Below, in pieces: positions 1-8,176 of a DNA stretch of 63,956 bases. The notes beneath the pieces are model-generated. The model made no database searches. It was not told where the DNA came from and saw only the letters and a program-made list of their open reading frames with translations. The position numbers and the translations under genes were made by a program. This DNA comes from Minisyncoccota bacterium (lineage in GTDB: Bacteria > Patescibacteriota > Minisyncoccia > Phycocordibacterales > Phycocordibacteraceae): the NCBI GenBank assembly GCA_036399335.1, contig DASWNF010000002.1:1-63956 (forward strand), given 5' to 3'. The first letter of the stretch is position 1, and every line of letters starts with the position of its first letter.

Positions 1-26
1 CGCTTGCTGACTTCGGCGCCGAACAC

Positions 27-419
27 ATGCTGGACGGCTACTTCCCCGACGGGCCCTCCAAGCATGGTCGCTCGGTGCTCTCTGACACCTACGGCCTCAG
101 GCTCTACGCCGCCATGCTCGGCGTCTATGTCTTCTTCCGCATGCTCGTCTGGGATCTTCCGAAGGAGCTGGTCCTCTTCTTCTGGTACGGCGTTCCCGCC
201 CTGGTGAAAATTGTCCACTCCGACAAGCGCCTGCTTTCCGGTGTAGACGGGTCTCTCGGCGGCGCGGTGGGCTATCTGTTCTTCGCGCACGACGGGATGA
301 CCGCGACGGACGCCGTCCTGGCCGTCCTGGCGGGCTTCCTCTTCGGCGCCGTCTTCGGCCTCCTCAGCTGGACGTACGTCACCCGGAATTCCGGGCAGGC
401 AGTGCCCACGGGCGAATAA
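27..419 (+). CDS. hypothetical membrane protein (N-terminus may lie outside window)
   Basis: 130-aa ORF with hydrophobic helices (LYAAMLGVYVFFRMLVW; AVLAVLAGFLFGAVFGLL). The frame stays open back to base 3. A hairpin terminator follows. Confidence 0.5.
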   Translation: MLDGYFPDGPSKHGRSVLSDTYGLRLYAAMLGVYVFFRMLVWDLPKELVLFFWYGVPALVKIVHSDKRLLSGVDGSLGGAVGYLFFAHDGMTATDAVLAVLAGFLFGAVFGLLSWTYVTRNSGQAVPTGE

Positions 420-440
420 GGCTCGCGCCACCTACGGCGC

Positions 441-476
441 AGCGCCCCCGTCTTCGGACTTGGGGGCGCTTCTTTA
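441..476 (+). terminator. rho-independent terminator
   Basis: Stem AGCGCCCCC (441-449) / GGGGGCGCT (462-470) followed by TCTTT. Confidence 0.6.
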
Positions 477-494
477 ATTACTCGATTTGCTCAA

Positions 495-530
495 ATACAA
501 AATATAAGGGCTCGCTTGTTAGCGAGCCCT
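495..530 (-). terminator. rho-independent terminator
   Basis: Stem AGGGCTCGC (507-515) / GCGAGCCCT (522-530). On the minus strand it is followed by a T-rich tail. It lies just 3' of the 552..1049 gene. Confidence 0.6.
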
Positions 531-551
531 CGGAGCAAAGCCCTAGTTTGT

Positions 552-1049
552 TTAATGCGGCACAAGTTCGGCCCTATAGCCTCCCGAAAACCATTCCGGC
601 CACTCCTCCGGGAGGTCGACGGGTTCTGCGTGCATCCCGTAGCCGGCGAAGTCCCCCGACTTGTCGTAGTGGGCTGTGTCCTGATTTTTCACGTTCACTT
701 CCCCTTCCCATATGACGCAGGCGGGATCGTCCTTGGAGAAGATCTTCAAACGGTCGCCAGTTGCGAGTATGCGCTGTCCTTCGTAGGACCAGTTCATGGG
801 GCTCACGACTTCGAATTGGTGTTCGCAGGTCCGCTGCTTCTCGCTGCCATGCTTGGCCGCCTTTTCGAGGACCTGTTCCTCGGTCTCCGCGGACTTGTCC
901 CAGTAGAGGTGGCACTGCTTGCAGGTGAAGCGCGTCGTGTTCTCCGTGATGAAGCGGTCGTCTTGAAAGGCCCAGAAGCCCCCTTCACTGCCCGTCTCGG
1001 CGTGAACGTGGAGGACTCCCGTCAACGGCACCTTGGTTTCTTCGGTCAT
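552..1049 (-). CDS. hypothetical protein
   Basis: 165-aa ORF (MTEETKVPLTGVLHVHAETGSEGG...) with high third-position GC. No family recognised. Competing plus-strand ORFs look like shadow frames. Confidence 0.55.
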   Translation of the reverse strand: MTEETKVPLTGVLHVHAETGSEGGFWAFQDDRFITENTTRFTCKQCHLYWDKSAETEEQVLEKAAKHGSEKQRTCEHQFEVVSPMNWSYEGQRILATGDRLKIFSKDDPACVIWEGEVNVKNQDTAHYDKSGDFAGYGMHAEPVDLPEEWPEWFSGGYRAELVPH

Positions 1050-1193
1050 CGAACTTGCTCCTTCTTGTCTGTGGTGACAGTAACCGAGTTAAAGGTTAAG
1101 CGCAATTGAACTTTGGGCTGCTGCACCCTTCCTTTTCTTTATGCTAGCGATGCCCTACCCTACCCAATAGGAACTGAGCAAGGGAGTGTGCAG

Positions 1194-1376
1194 ATGGTTG
1201 ACCTTTTAGATGACGTTACGCTGGCCCGAATGAGGCGTGCCGACCGGGAGCTCGGCAAAATGTCCCTGCAGACGGGCTTGTCCAAGCTCGCCCTCGTGCA
1301 GGCATCCGTTGCGCTGCTGAGCGCAAATCCCATTATCCTGAAAACCAGCAACGATAACAGCGAGCCCAATGGCTGA
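1194..1376 (+). CDS. small hypothetical protein (60 aa)
   Basis: ATG at 1194 preceded by AGGGAG. Sequence MVDLLDDVTLARMRRADRELGKMS... A hairpin plus T-tract follows at about 1406-1430. Confidence 0.4.
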   Translation: MVDLLDDVTLARMRRADRELGKMSLQTGLSKLALVQASVALLSANPIILKTSNDNSEPNG

Positions 1377-1507
1377 ATTCCAAGAAGACGGCCACGAAAT
1401 CCCAGAGCGCCTGACCAGCGCTCTTTTATTTTATAGTTGGGCTATAGGATGTCCCTCGACACTTTTTTATAAAACCGGGGCCACCATCGAAGATGGTGGC
1501 CCCTTGA

Positions 1508-1927
1508 TTATCCAAAACAGCTCCTTCGCGGACCCATCTCGGCATTGCACACCTCCCGGTGCAGGACACTCAAGTAGGTGATGGCGAGTTCGACGTCGCC
1601 CTCCTGCTCCTTGTTCGTCAGGAACCGTTCGAGAAGCTCGATCTTCTTCTTGAGCTCGGGGATAATTTGATCGAGGCACCAAGGCTCCGCAATCCCGAGC
1701 TTGTCGTGATCGTTGCTGAAGTGCCACTGGGCCCCGAGCGTCGTCTCCCAGGCGAGATACGTGTCACGCGCCACAAGGAAGTAGCCGGTACTTGCGAAGC
1801 TCTCGACCTGCCCCTTGAGGCCGTCGATGACCTTCTGGAGTTGCTGTATCTCGGCCTGCATATCCTGCCGCCTCGTATCGACTCCGAGCATCACATCGAA
1901 GATGTCGCCGCTTGCTGCAAATGACAT
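1508..1927 (-). CDS. hypothetical protein (helical)
   Basis: Internal ATG at 1927 (MSFAASGDIFDVMLG...) chosen within ORF 1508..2071. Hairpin GGGGCCACCATC/GATGGTGGCCCC (1476-1503) lies 3' of the stop. Confidence 0.5.
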   Translation of the reverse strand: MSFAASGDIFDVMLGVDTRRQDMQAEIQQLQKVIDGLKGQVESFASTGYFLVARDTYLAWETTLGAQWHFSNDHDKLGIAEPWCLDQIIPELKKKIELLERFLTNKEQEGDVELAITYLSVLHREVCNAEMGPRRSCFG

Positions 1928-2042
1928 AGCCCTGCTCCCTTTGTCCAAGTCTGGGCTAACTATGGGCTGTTGTGTTACGAGCGTCAAATTACAACCATAG
2001 TTGGGGATGTGGAGGATGTGAAACTTTTCGCCTCTTAAACAT

Positions 2043-2543
2043 CTAATCGAAATAAGAACGAAGCAACCCAACCGTTACCTCGGTTGGGCACTCAGCGTCC
2101 AATGCTTCCGCTCCAAGCTTTTGCATATACGCAGGAAGTGATTTATTCCACTCAAGAATGCGCGCCCCATCTGCGGGATGCTGGCCAAAATCTTTGTCGG
2201 TGCGGGCAGCAATCCTTTGGGTAATTGTCTTGTCGCTGCAAGTAAGAACAAATACCTTATCAAAAGAGTCTAGGTACTCCTTTAAGTTGTGGGAGTGACC
2301 TGCCACAATAATGTTCTTGCTTGTGGATAGCTGAGCCCTCAGCGTCTCAATATCGCAGATCCATTCGTGGTTTTTGTACCATTCATCTGAAGCGGCAGCT
2401 TCCCAATCAACAACAATGTGCGTGTCCTTAGTTTCCCAATGACAGTAGTCGTCAATATCCAGAGCGTTCTCTCCTTGGCGCTTTAACTCTCTAACGATAC
2501 TTGTCTTACCGGTGCCAGAAACGCCAGTAATAAAGATTTTCAT
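2043..2543 (-). CDS. P-loop NTPase / nucleoside(-tide) kinase-like protein
   Basis: Starts MKIFITGVSGTGKTSIVREL (Walker A GxxGxGKT). 166 aa, with ATG at 2543 inside the longer ORF. Confidence 0.6.
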   Translation of the reverse strand: MKIFITGVSGTGKTSIVRELKRQGENALDIDDYCHWETKDTHIVVDWEAAASDEWYKNHEWICDIETLRAQLSTSKNIIVAGHSHNLKEYLDSFDKVFVLTCSDKTITQRIAARTDKDFGQHPADGARILEWNKSLPAYMQKLGAEALDAECPTEVTVGLLRSYFD

Positions 2544-2614
2544 ACGTATAGCGTACCACTCGTGCTGGCAGGCTGAGTTTCGAACCTCCCGGCCAGTCGC
2601 GCTAATATAGAGGC

Positions 2615-4432
2615 ATGTACGTCGTCGACGTGATCCCCTTCTCCCCAGGCGCCCCTGCAGGTTCGCTTTCATACCGGAGCCCGCACCCGCTCGTCCCGGG
2701 AGACGTCGTCGAGGTAAAGCTTCGCCGGAGAACGGTGCCCGCCATCGTCGTGAGCGTGATGGACGCCATCGAGGCGAAGGCCACCCTCAAGGCCGCATCC
2801 TTTGCGCTTTCGAGCACGATATCAAAGCCCGTGAGCACGCTCCCGATTGCCGTGATGGATGCGGTTGCACGTACGAGCGAGTGGCACGCCGCGCCGCTGG
2901 GCTCCGTACTCTCGCAGCTTCTTGCCGAATGGATTGATACGGAGGCCGTAACCCTGCCGGATGCTCCGGGCGGAGGCTTCCTTGTGCGCCCCGTCGAGTG
3001 CCCCCTTGCCGAAAGGAAGGCCGCATACCGAGCAGCCATTGCCGCTGCAGAGAAGCGGGAACGCGCCGTGCTGCTCGTCGTCTCGACATTGGCCGAGGTC
3101 GAATACTGGTCGCGCGCCTTTGCCGACCTCTCGCCCGTCGTGCTCTCGGGAGCGCTCAAAGATGAAAAGCGGAAAGCCGCTCTTGCCGCGGCGCGCGCAT
3201 CGAGCGCGCTCGTCATTGCTACCCCGCACTTCGCCTTTGCACAGATAGCGGGGCTCGATGCCATTATCATCGACCGTGTGGGTGCCGGCGGCTTCAGGCT
3301 CCAGAAGCGCCCGTACCTTGATGTACGCGTGGCGCTCCTTGAGCTTGCGCGCGCCCGGAAGCTCACGCTTATTTACGGTGACTTCCCGCTCCCGCTTGAG
3401 TTCCGGTCGGGAGCCCGAAAGCTCGCTGCGCACCTTGAGCCCATCACGGTACTTGATGCGCGTGTTGAGCGCGCCGAAGGAGAGGCCTGGAGCGCCGTCC
3501 CGGCCATGCTTAAGGAACGCATTGCCGATGAACTCCTTGCCGGCGGGAGGGTTGCGGTATTTGCGGCAAGGAAAGGATATGCGCCCGTCGTTATTTGTCG
3601 TGACTGCGGCGAAGCGCTCAAAGACGAGCGCGGCAAGGTGTATGCCTTCACCACGGAGCGCGGCACGCGCCTCTTTAAGACGAGCGACGGCAAGAGCGTG
3701 TTATCGACCAAGATGCGCTGTCCGAACTGCGACAGCTGGAATCTTCTCCCGCTTGGCGTGGGCGTAGAGCGCGTCGTCGAGGAACTCCGGGCAGCCTTCC
3801 CGGAGGCTCCCTGCACGCTTTTTGATGCTGATACCGTGCGTACGTATGTGGGTGCGCGCAGGAAGCTCGCCCCGCTTGCGGAACTCGGTTCAATCGTCGT
3901 CGGGACTGAAGCCATGGCGCCGTGGCTCCTTGCCGCGTCGCCGGCGCCCGTCTCGCTTGCCGCAATCGCTTCCGCCGACACGCTTCTCGCGCTTCCCTTT
4001 TGGCGCGCACGCGAGCGCTTCCTCAGGCTCGGGTACCTCATGCAGGCGTGCGCGCCGCGCGCCATTGTGGCCACCCGACTTCCCGAAGACGCGGCCGTGC
4101 GCACTCTCAAGGATCCTAGCGACCCCGCCTTCTTCGAGGAGGAGACGGCGCTTCGCCAAGCCCTCGGGTATCCGCCCTTCGGTACGCTCATATCGCTCAC
4201 CTGGCAGGGCTCGACTCCCGTCCTCGATGCGCTCGAGACGACCGTCCGCAGGACTTTGGGGAGTCATACCGTGCGGAGCGTCCCGGACCGTTTTGTTCGA
4301 GGCATCGTATCAAAGCGAACGGTGGTGCTGGTGCTGCCTAAGGACGCGTGGCCTGATCCTGAGCTGTCCCAGGGGCTTGCCGGACTCCCAGCCTCGGTGC
4401 GTGTACTTGTTGACCCAGAATCCTTTTGGTGA
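2615..4432 (+). CDS. priA: primosomal protein N' (PriA)-like, helicase motifs degenerate
   Basis: 605 aa. CRDCG...CPNCD zinc ribbon and a C-terminal ALGYPPFG motif typical of PriA. Sits upstream of def-fmt as in many bacteria. No GxxxxGK[ST] motif anywhere, and the Walker B position reads IIIDRVG. Confidence 0.6.
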   Translation: MYVVDVIPFSPGAPAGSLSYRSPHPLVPGDVVEVKLRRRTVPAIVVSVMDAIEAKATLKAASFALSSTISKPVSTLPIAVMDAVARTSEWHAAPLGSVLSQLLAEWIDTEAVTLPDAPGGGFLVRPVECPLAERKAAYRAAIAAAEKRERAVLLVVSTLAEVEYWSRAFADLSPVVLSGALKDEKRKAALAAARASSALVIATPHFAFAQIAGLDAIIIDRVGAGGFRLQKRPYLDVRVALLELARARKLTLIYGDFPLPLEFRSGARKLAAHLEPITVLDARVERAEGEAWSAVPAMLKERIADELLAGGRVAVFAARKGYAPVVICRDCGEALKDERGKVYAFTTERGTRLFKTSDGKSVLSTKMRCPNCDSWNLLPLGVGVERVVEELRAAFPEAPCTLFDADTVRTYVGARRKLAPLAELGSIVVGTEAMAPWLLAASPAPVSLAAIASADTLLALPFWRARERFLRLGYLMQACAPRAIVATRLPEDAAVRTLKDPSDPAFFEEETALRQALGYPPFGTLISLTWQGSTPVLDALETTVRRTLGSHTVRSVPDRFVRGIVSKRTVVLVLPKDAWPDPELSQGLAGLPASVRVLVDPESFW

Positions 4433-4693
4433 TTAAGTACTCAGGTCGGCGGAATTGCGTTTTGAAAAGCCCCGACGTGTGTCTGCGCGGGCAGGTTGGC
4501 GTTTGCCCCACAAGTCGCCACTTGCTCGCGCATTCACCCAGTTCGTTTTCATCCGGACCCTCCCTCGGCCCCGGATGAGGGGTTGGGAGCGCCGTCTTCC
4601 TGGACGCGCTCCCGATTCTCCACACATATTCGTACCTTCATTCGTACCTTCAAATGGCTCCCCCGTGGAGCCATTATCTTTTGATATGCTATC

Positions 4694-5305
4694 GTGCAGC
4701 TCATGAAAGACGTTATCGTCCAGGACGGCGACCCGGTACTCCGCGAGGTTTCTTTAGCGGTGGCGGAGGACCAATTCGGCACGCCGGAACTTGCAGCCAT
4801 CGTTGACCGCATGGCGGCGGCGCTCGACGGTGAGCGCGATGGTGTCGCCATCGCCGCCCCGCAAATCGGCATCCCACTCCGCATTTTCGTCGTGCGGTAT
4901 GACCGCTTGAGCCCGCACCCGGAGGACGCACCTGAAGTGCCCGATGTGGGCGTGTACATAAACCCGGAATTCATCCGTGCATCGCGCCGACGCATTGAAA
5001 TGGACGAGGGCTGTCTCTCGGTACGCCGGGTATACGGCAAGACGCTGCGGCATGAGCGCGCAAGCGTTCGTGCGCGCCTTCCCGATGGCCGCACCTTTGA
5101 ACGCGGCGGAGGCGGCATACTCGCACAAATATTCCAGCACGAGACCGATCACCTCGATGGCGTCCTTTTTATTGACCACGCGCATGACCTCGTCGAAATC
5201 CCCCAGGAAGAGTGGTCCGAGTACCGCGCAGAGCGGAGGGCGCGGAGGTTAGAGAAGGAGGGCGCTGCCGAGGCCGATGCAGGTGACACCAATACTCATG
5301 ACTAG
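4694..5305 (+). CDS. def: peptide deformylase
   Basis: All three PDF motifs are present: GVAIAAPQIG, EGCLSV, QHETDHLDG. Charged C-terminal tail. Confidence 0.9.
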   Translation: MQLMKDVIVQDGDPVLREVSLAVAEDQFGTPELAAIVDRMAAALDGERDGVAIAAPQIGIPLRIFVVRYDRLSPHPEDAPEVPDVGVYINPEFIRASRRRIEMDEGCLSVRRVYGKTLRHERASVRARLPDGRTFERGGGGILAQIFQHETDHLDGVLFIDHAHDLVEIPQEEWSEYRAERRARRLEKEGAAEADAGDTNTHD

Positions 5306-6167
5306 CGCTACTACCATTCCCTTCGCTTTCTTTGGTACGCCGTACATTGCGCGCGATACGCTCGCAGCGCTTATAACGGCGGGGTATGTGCCGAGCGTTG
5401 TTGTGACGTCGCCTGACGCCCGCAGGGGCCGCGGCATGGAATTGACGCCGTGCGTCACGAAGGAGCTCGCGCTTGCTGCCGGCATCCCCGTCCTCACACC
5501 TGAGAATCTCGACGACGCCTTCCTGGCTGAGCTCCAGGCATACGGCTGCGCGTATGCCGTCGTCGTGGCGTACGGGAAGATACTGCCCGCAACGGCGCTC
5601 GAAGCCTTTCCCCAGGGCGTGCTGAATGTGCACTACTCGCTCCTGCCTAAGTACCGCGGTGCGTCGCCGGTTGAGACGGCGCTCCTTTCGGGCGAGACCG
5701 AAACCGGCGTGACGGTACAGCGCATGGTCCTTAAGATGGACGCTGGCGACATCCTCGCGCAGCGCGCCGTACCTATCGATCCTGACGAGACAATTAGGGA
5801 GCTGCGTCCGCGGCTCGTTGCCGTGGGTGCCGAGCTCTTGCTTGAGGTATTGCCGTTCTTTCTTGAGGGCGCGGCCGTCGCCGTGCCGCAGGACGAAAGC
5901 CAAGCGACGTATGCGCGAAAAATTGATAAGAAGGACGGGTGCCTGTCGCTTAAGGACGATTCCAAGACTAACTGGCAGAAGTATCGCGCCTTTGCCGAGT
6001 CACCCGGTACGTATTTTTATGCAGAGAAGGGCGACCAGCGCATCCGCGTGCGTATTGAAAAGGCCTCATATATAGAAAGCATATTCACCATTGAGCGCAT
6101 TGTCCCCGAGAGCAAGGCCTCACAGGACTTCGCCATGCTTGTGCGAAACGGATGGTGCGCCGCTTAG
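5298..6167 (+). CDS. fmt: methionyl-tRNA formyltransferase
   Basis: FAFFGTPYIA N-terminus and NVHYSLLPKYRGASPVE motif. ATG at 5298 overlaps the def stop by 8 nt; an alternative ATG is at 5277. Confidence 0.85.
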   Translation: MTSATTIPFAFFGTPYIARDTLAALITAGYVPSVVVTSPDARRGRGMELTPCVTKELALAAGIPVLTPENLDDAFLAELQAYGCAYAVVVAYGKILPATALEAFPQGVLNVHYSLLPKYRGASPVETALLSGETETGVTVQRMVLKMDAGDILAQRAVPIDPDETIRELRPRLVAVGAELLLEVLPFFLEGAAVAVPQDESQATYARKIDKKDGCLSLKDDSKTNWQKYRAFAESPGTYFYAEKGDQRIRVRIEKASYIESIFTIERIVPESKASQDFAMLVRNGWCAA

Positions 6168-6535
6168 CCGGTTCTTGAAAAGCGCTGCTGGAAGGCCTTC
6201 CAGATGCCCCCGCCGCGCCTGACGAGTGCCTGCCGCTTGCCCTTCGCCTTCTTAAGCTCGATGTCTATCTCCTTCAGCGCACGGTCAGATGCCTTCTCAG
6301 GGGTCTCCGCGAGTTCAGACGTATGGAAGCGTGTACCGTTTGCGTCGATGTTAACGGTTGCCTGCCAGACTTCGCCTGACTGGTGCGAGCCGACCGAGCG
6401 CTCGAGTTCGAAGAATGCGTTTGCGGTGTTGTCCTTCGTGTCGGTTAGCTTTGAGAGCTTTGCGAGTTTCCGTTCAATTCGCTCCTGGAGCGCGCTCGAA
6501 AGTCCTCCGTGGGTATTCTTGAATTGGGTATTCAT
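6164..6535 (-). CDS. hpf: ribosome hibernation promoting factor / RaiA family (short form)
   Basis: 123 aa MNTQFKNTHGGLSSALQERIERKLAKLSKL...ELAETPEKASDRALKEIDIELKK, the typical HPF fold pattern. ATG at 6535. Confidence 0.7.
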   Translation of the reverse strand: MNTQFKNTHGGLSSALQERIERKLAKLSKLTDTKDNTANAFFELERSVGSHQSGEVWQATVNIDANGTRFHTSELAETPEKASDRALKEIDIELKKAKGKRQALVRRGGGIWKAFQQRFSRTG

Positions 6536-6557
6536 ACTGTATATACGGTAACGTTCG

Positions 6558-6791
6558 CTATTTGAAGCGCGCATGAAGATGCGCGATGATCTCGTCCGAG
6601 CCATAGAATGCAACGCCGGCTTCGTCATCGACGAAATACGGCACCTGCCGCTTCCCGCCAAGGGCGATAAGTTCGTCAAGCACGCCCTCGTCCCGCACGT
6701 CCTTCTCAACGAGGGGCGCATTCAGGAAACGCGCCTCCTCCTTAACTTTCACGCAAAACGTACAGCCGGGTTTGGTATAGAGCGTCAACAT
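6558..6791 (-). CDS. glutaredoxin-like thioredoxin-fold protein
   Basis: 77 aa MLTLYTKPGCTFCVKVKE... with a CxxC site and RQVPYFVDD, as in Grx/NrdH-like proteins. Confidence 0.7.
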   Translation of the reverse strand: MLTLYTKPGCTFCVKVKEEARFLNAPLVEKDVRDEGVLDELIALGGKRQVPYFVDDEAGVAFYGSDEIIAHLHARFK

Positions 6792-6823
6792 TTCCCCAGT
6801 ATACCAATTCCCTGTGCGGGCAG

Positions 6824-6852
6824 TTGCTGAAATCGCCCATACGGCCTAGAAT
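6824..6852 (+). promoter_or_regulatory. sigma70-like promoter for tRNA-Asn
   Basis: TTGCTG (6824-6829), 17-nt spacer, TAGAAT (6847-6852), about 35 nt upstream of the tRNA. Confidence 0.45.
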
Positions 6853-6886
6853 AACGAAGCTCCGGTGCAACCCGGGGCGGTTACAT

Positions 6887-6958
6887 TCCGCGGTAGCTCA
6901 GCGGTAGAGCGGTCGACTGTTAATCGATTGGTCGTAGGTTCGAATCCTACCCGCGGAG
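6887..6958 (+). tRNA. tRNA-Asn (anticodon GTT)
   Basis: Cloverleaf folded by hand. Acceptor TCCGCGG/CCGCGGA, D arm GCTC-AGCGGTA-GAGC, anticodon arm GTCGA-CTGTTAA-TCGAT, T arm GTAGG-TTCGAAT-CCTAC, discriminator G. CCA is not encoded. Confidence 0.9.
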
Positions 6959-6968
6959 CAAAGTTGGA

Positions 6969-7005
6969 CGAACCGGTACAAAAGTGCCGGTTTCGTCTTT
7001 ATTTG
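6969..7005 (+). terminator. probable terminator after tRNA-Asn
   Basis: Imperfect hairpin CGAACCGGTAC-AAAA-GTGCCGGTTTCG followed by TCTTTATTT. Confidence 0.45.
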
Positions 7006-7017
7006 CATCACTAAATC

Positions 7018-7130
7018 TAGGTTCGAACGCTTCGTTTACTTACTTGGCCTCGAGGAGACCCTCTTCAAGAGCCAAGAACACTTCTTTGTTTAAAAAAATG
7101 ATTTTCTTACCCACCTAATGTTAGGTTCGA
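7018..7130 (+). repeat. two extra copies of the tRNA-Asn T-arm segment
   Basis: TAGGTTCGAA (7018-7027) and TAGGTTCGA (7122-7130) are identical to tRNA positions 6935-6944. Confidence 0.6.
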
Positions 7131-7249
7131 GGAGAGTCGATAGTGTATCTCATTTCTTCATGGCTACCGCTACGGAATGTTTCGGCCAGCCCGACTACCA
7201 GATTAAAGCCTTCTTAGTCCCCTTCCAGCGGCTTCTCCCCAGCCTGTTT

Positions 7250-7498
7250 CTAGGCCTTAATTTCTTCCCTAAGAAATGACAGCCCATTTTCGTGCCCTTC
7301 ACCGGTGGTTGCGTATACGTCTAAGTGAACCGCTTGTGTAAAAATACTGTCTCCCTTCGTAACCCACTTTTCAGCGACTTTTGATGTCCATTTCTGTACA
7401 TCCTCGTCAGACAAATCTCGAATGCCGAGACTATCCCAAAGATATTCGTGCGAAGCGCACGCCAGAATAGTGGTTTGCATTGTTCCGTCGTCAGACAC
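7250..7498 (-). CDS. small hypothetical protein, or detached C-terminal piece of the upstream DUF3800-like gene
   Basis: 82-aa ORF with GTG at 7498 (ATG at 7480). It begins 5 nt after the DUF3800-like stop, in a different frame. Low GC. Confidence 0.4.
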   Translation of the reverse strand: MSDDGTMQTTILACASHEYLWDSLGIRDLSDEDVQKWTSKVAEKWVTKGDSIFTQAVHLDVYATTGEGHENGLSFLREEIKA

Positions 7499-7503
7499 AA
7501 GAA

Positions 7504-8112
7504 TTATACGCCCCCAGTAGGTGTCCCTAGCTGACTGAACTCGTTAGTCATCTGTATGACAGGATAAACTATGCGTTCGAGAGAGAAACGACCAGCTCCA
7601 CTAGGGAAAATACTAAAGCAGTGCTCGTCCATATAGGATTTGAGTGAGTCGGCATACCGATCTGCGAAGACCATGCCGAGTGTATTTCCTTCACGAAGAA
7701 AGTGATTGAAGCGGCGGAGAGCCGCGTTGAGTGCATACTCTTGAGTTCGTATATGCAGAGTCGGATTTATACGAGCCTTACCGAGAGCGAGACCCACAAA
7801 AGTGCGCTTAATGTAGAACTCCTGCGGACTTAAGCAGACGATGATTTTCGCTCCCGATTGAGCGAACAGATCGAGCACTCGATCCTTTATCTGCCGATGA
7901 ACGTCGGATGGCAAAGCGGACTCCGCGCCGAAACGTTCGTTGTTCCACTTTATCGGTCGCTCCCTAGCAACACCAAACTCGCGCTTAATGGCGAGAACCC
8001 CCTGAGCCAACGGTCTGATCTCATTCTCGGGAACTACTATGCCGCCATAAATGAAAAAGCCGAGCTTATCGTCGTGCGACACATTGCACTCATCAACTAC
8101 ATAAAGCCTCAT
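7504..8112 (-). CDS. DUF3800-like protein
   Basis: N-terminus MRLYVVDECNVSHDDKLGFFIYGGIVV...IKWNN resembles the DUF3800 signature (h-h-DE-s-g ... f-h-h-GG-h-h ... K). 202 aa, low GC. Confidence 0.55.
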   Translation of the reverse strand: MRLYVVDECNVSHDDKLGFFIYGGIVVPENEIRPLAQGVLAIKREFGVARERPIKWNNERFGAESALPSDVHRQIKDRVLDLFAQSGAKIIVCLSPQEFYIKRTFVGLALGKARINPTLHIRTQEYALNAALRRFNHFLREGNTLGMVFADRYADSLKSYMDEHCFSIFPSGAGRFSLERIVYPVIQMTNEFSQLGTPTGGV

Positions 8113-8141
8113 AATGTGGCTTTATTTGAACATAGAACGCC

Positions 8142-8170
8142 TTGAGACAACAGTGCAGACGTGTTTTACT
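8142..8170 (+). promoter_or_regulatory. possible promoter giving a leaderless Beta-like transcript
   Basis: TTGAGA (8142-8147), 17 nt, TTTACT (8165-8170). The ATG at 8177 lies about 7 nt downstream with no SD sequence. The -10 is weak. Confidence 0.25.
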
Positions 8171-8176
8171 AATGTT

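Noticed and set aside
2602-4200. Long minus-strand ORFs (2602..3366, 2822..3433, 3373..4200) antisense to the priA-like gene
   Set aside because: These are Arg/Ser/Ala-rich, low-complexity translations typical of shadow frames in high-GC DNA. The plus frame carries recognisable PriA motifs.
4549-5903. Minus-strand ORFs 4549..5118, 4754..5185 and 5169..5903 opposite def/fmt
   Set aside because: def and fmt are unambiguous on the plus strand. The antisense ORFs have no motifs and biased composition.
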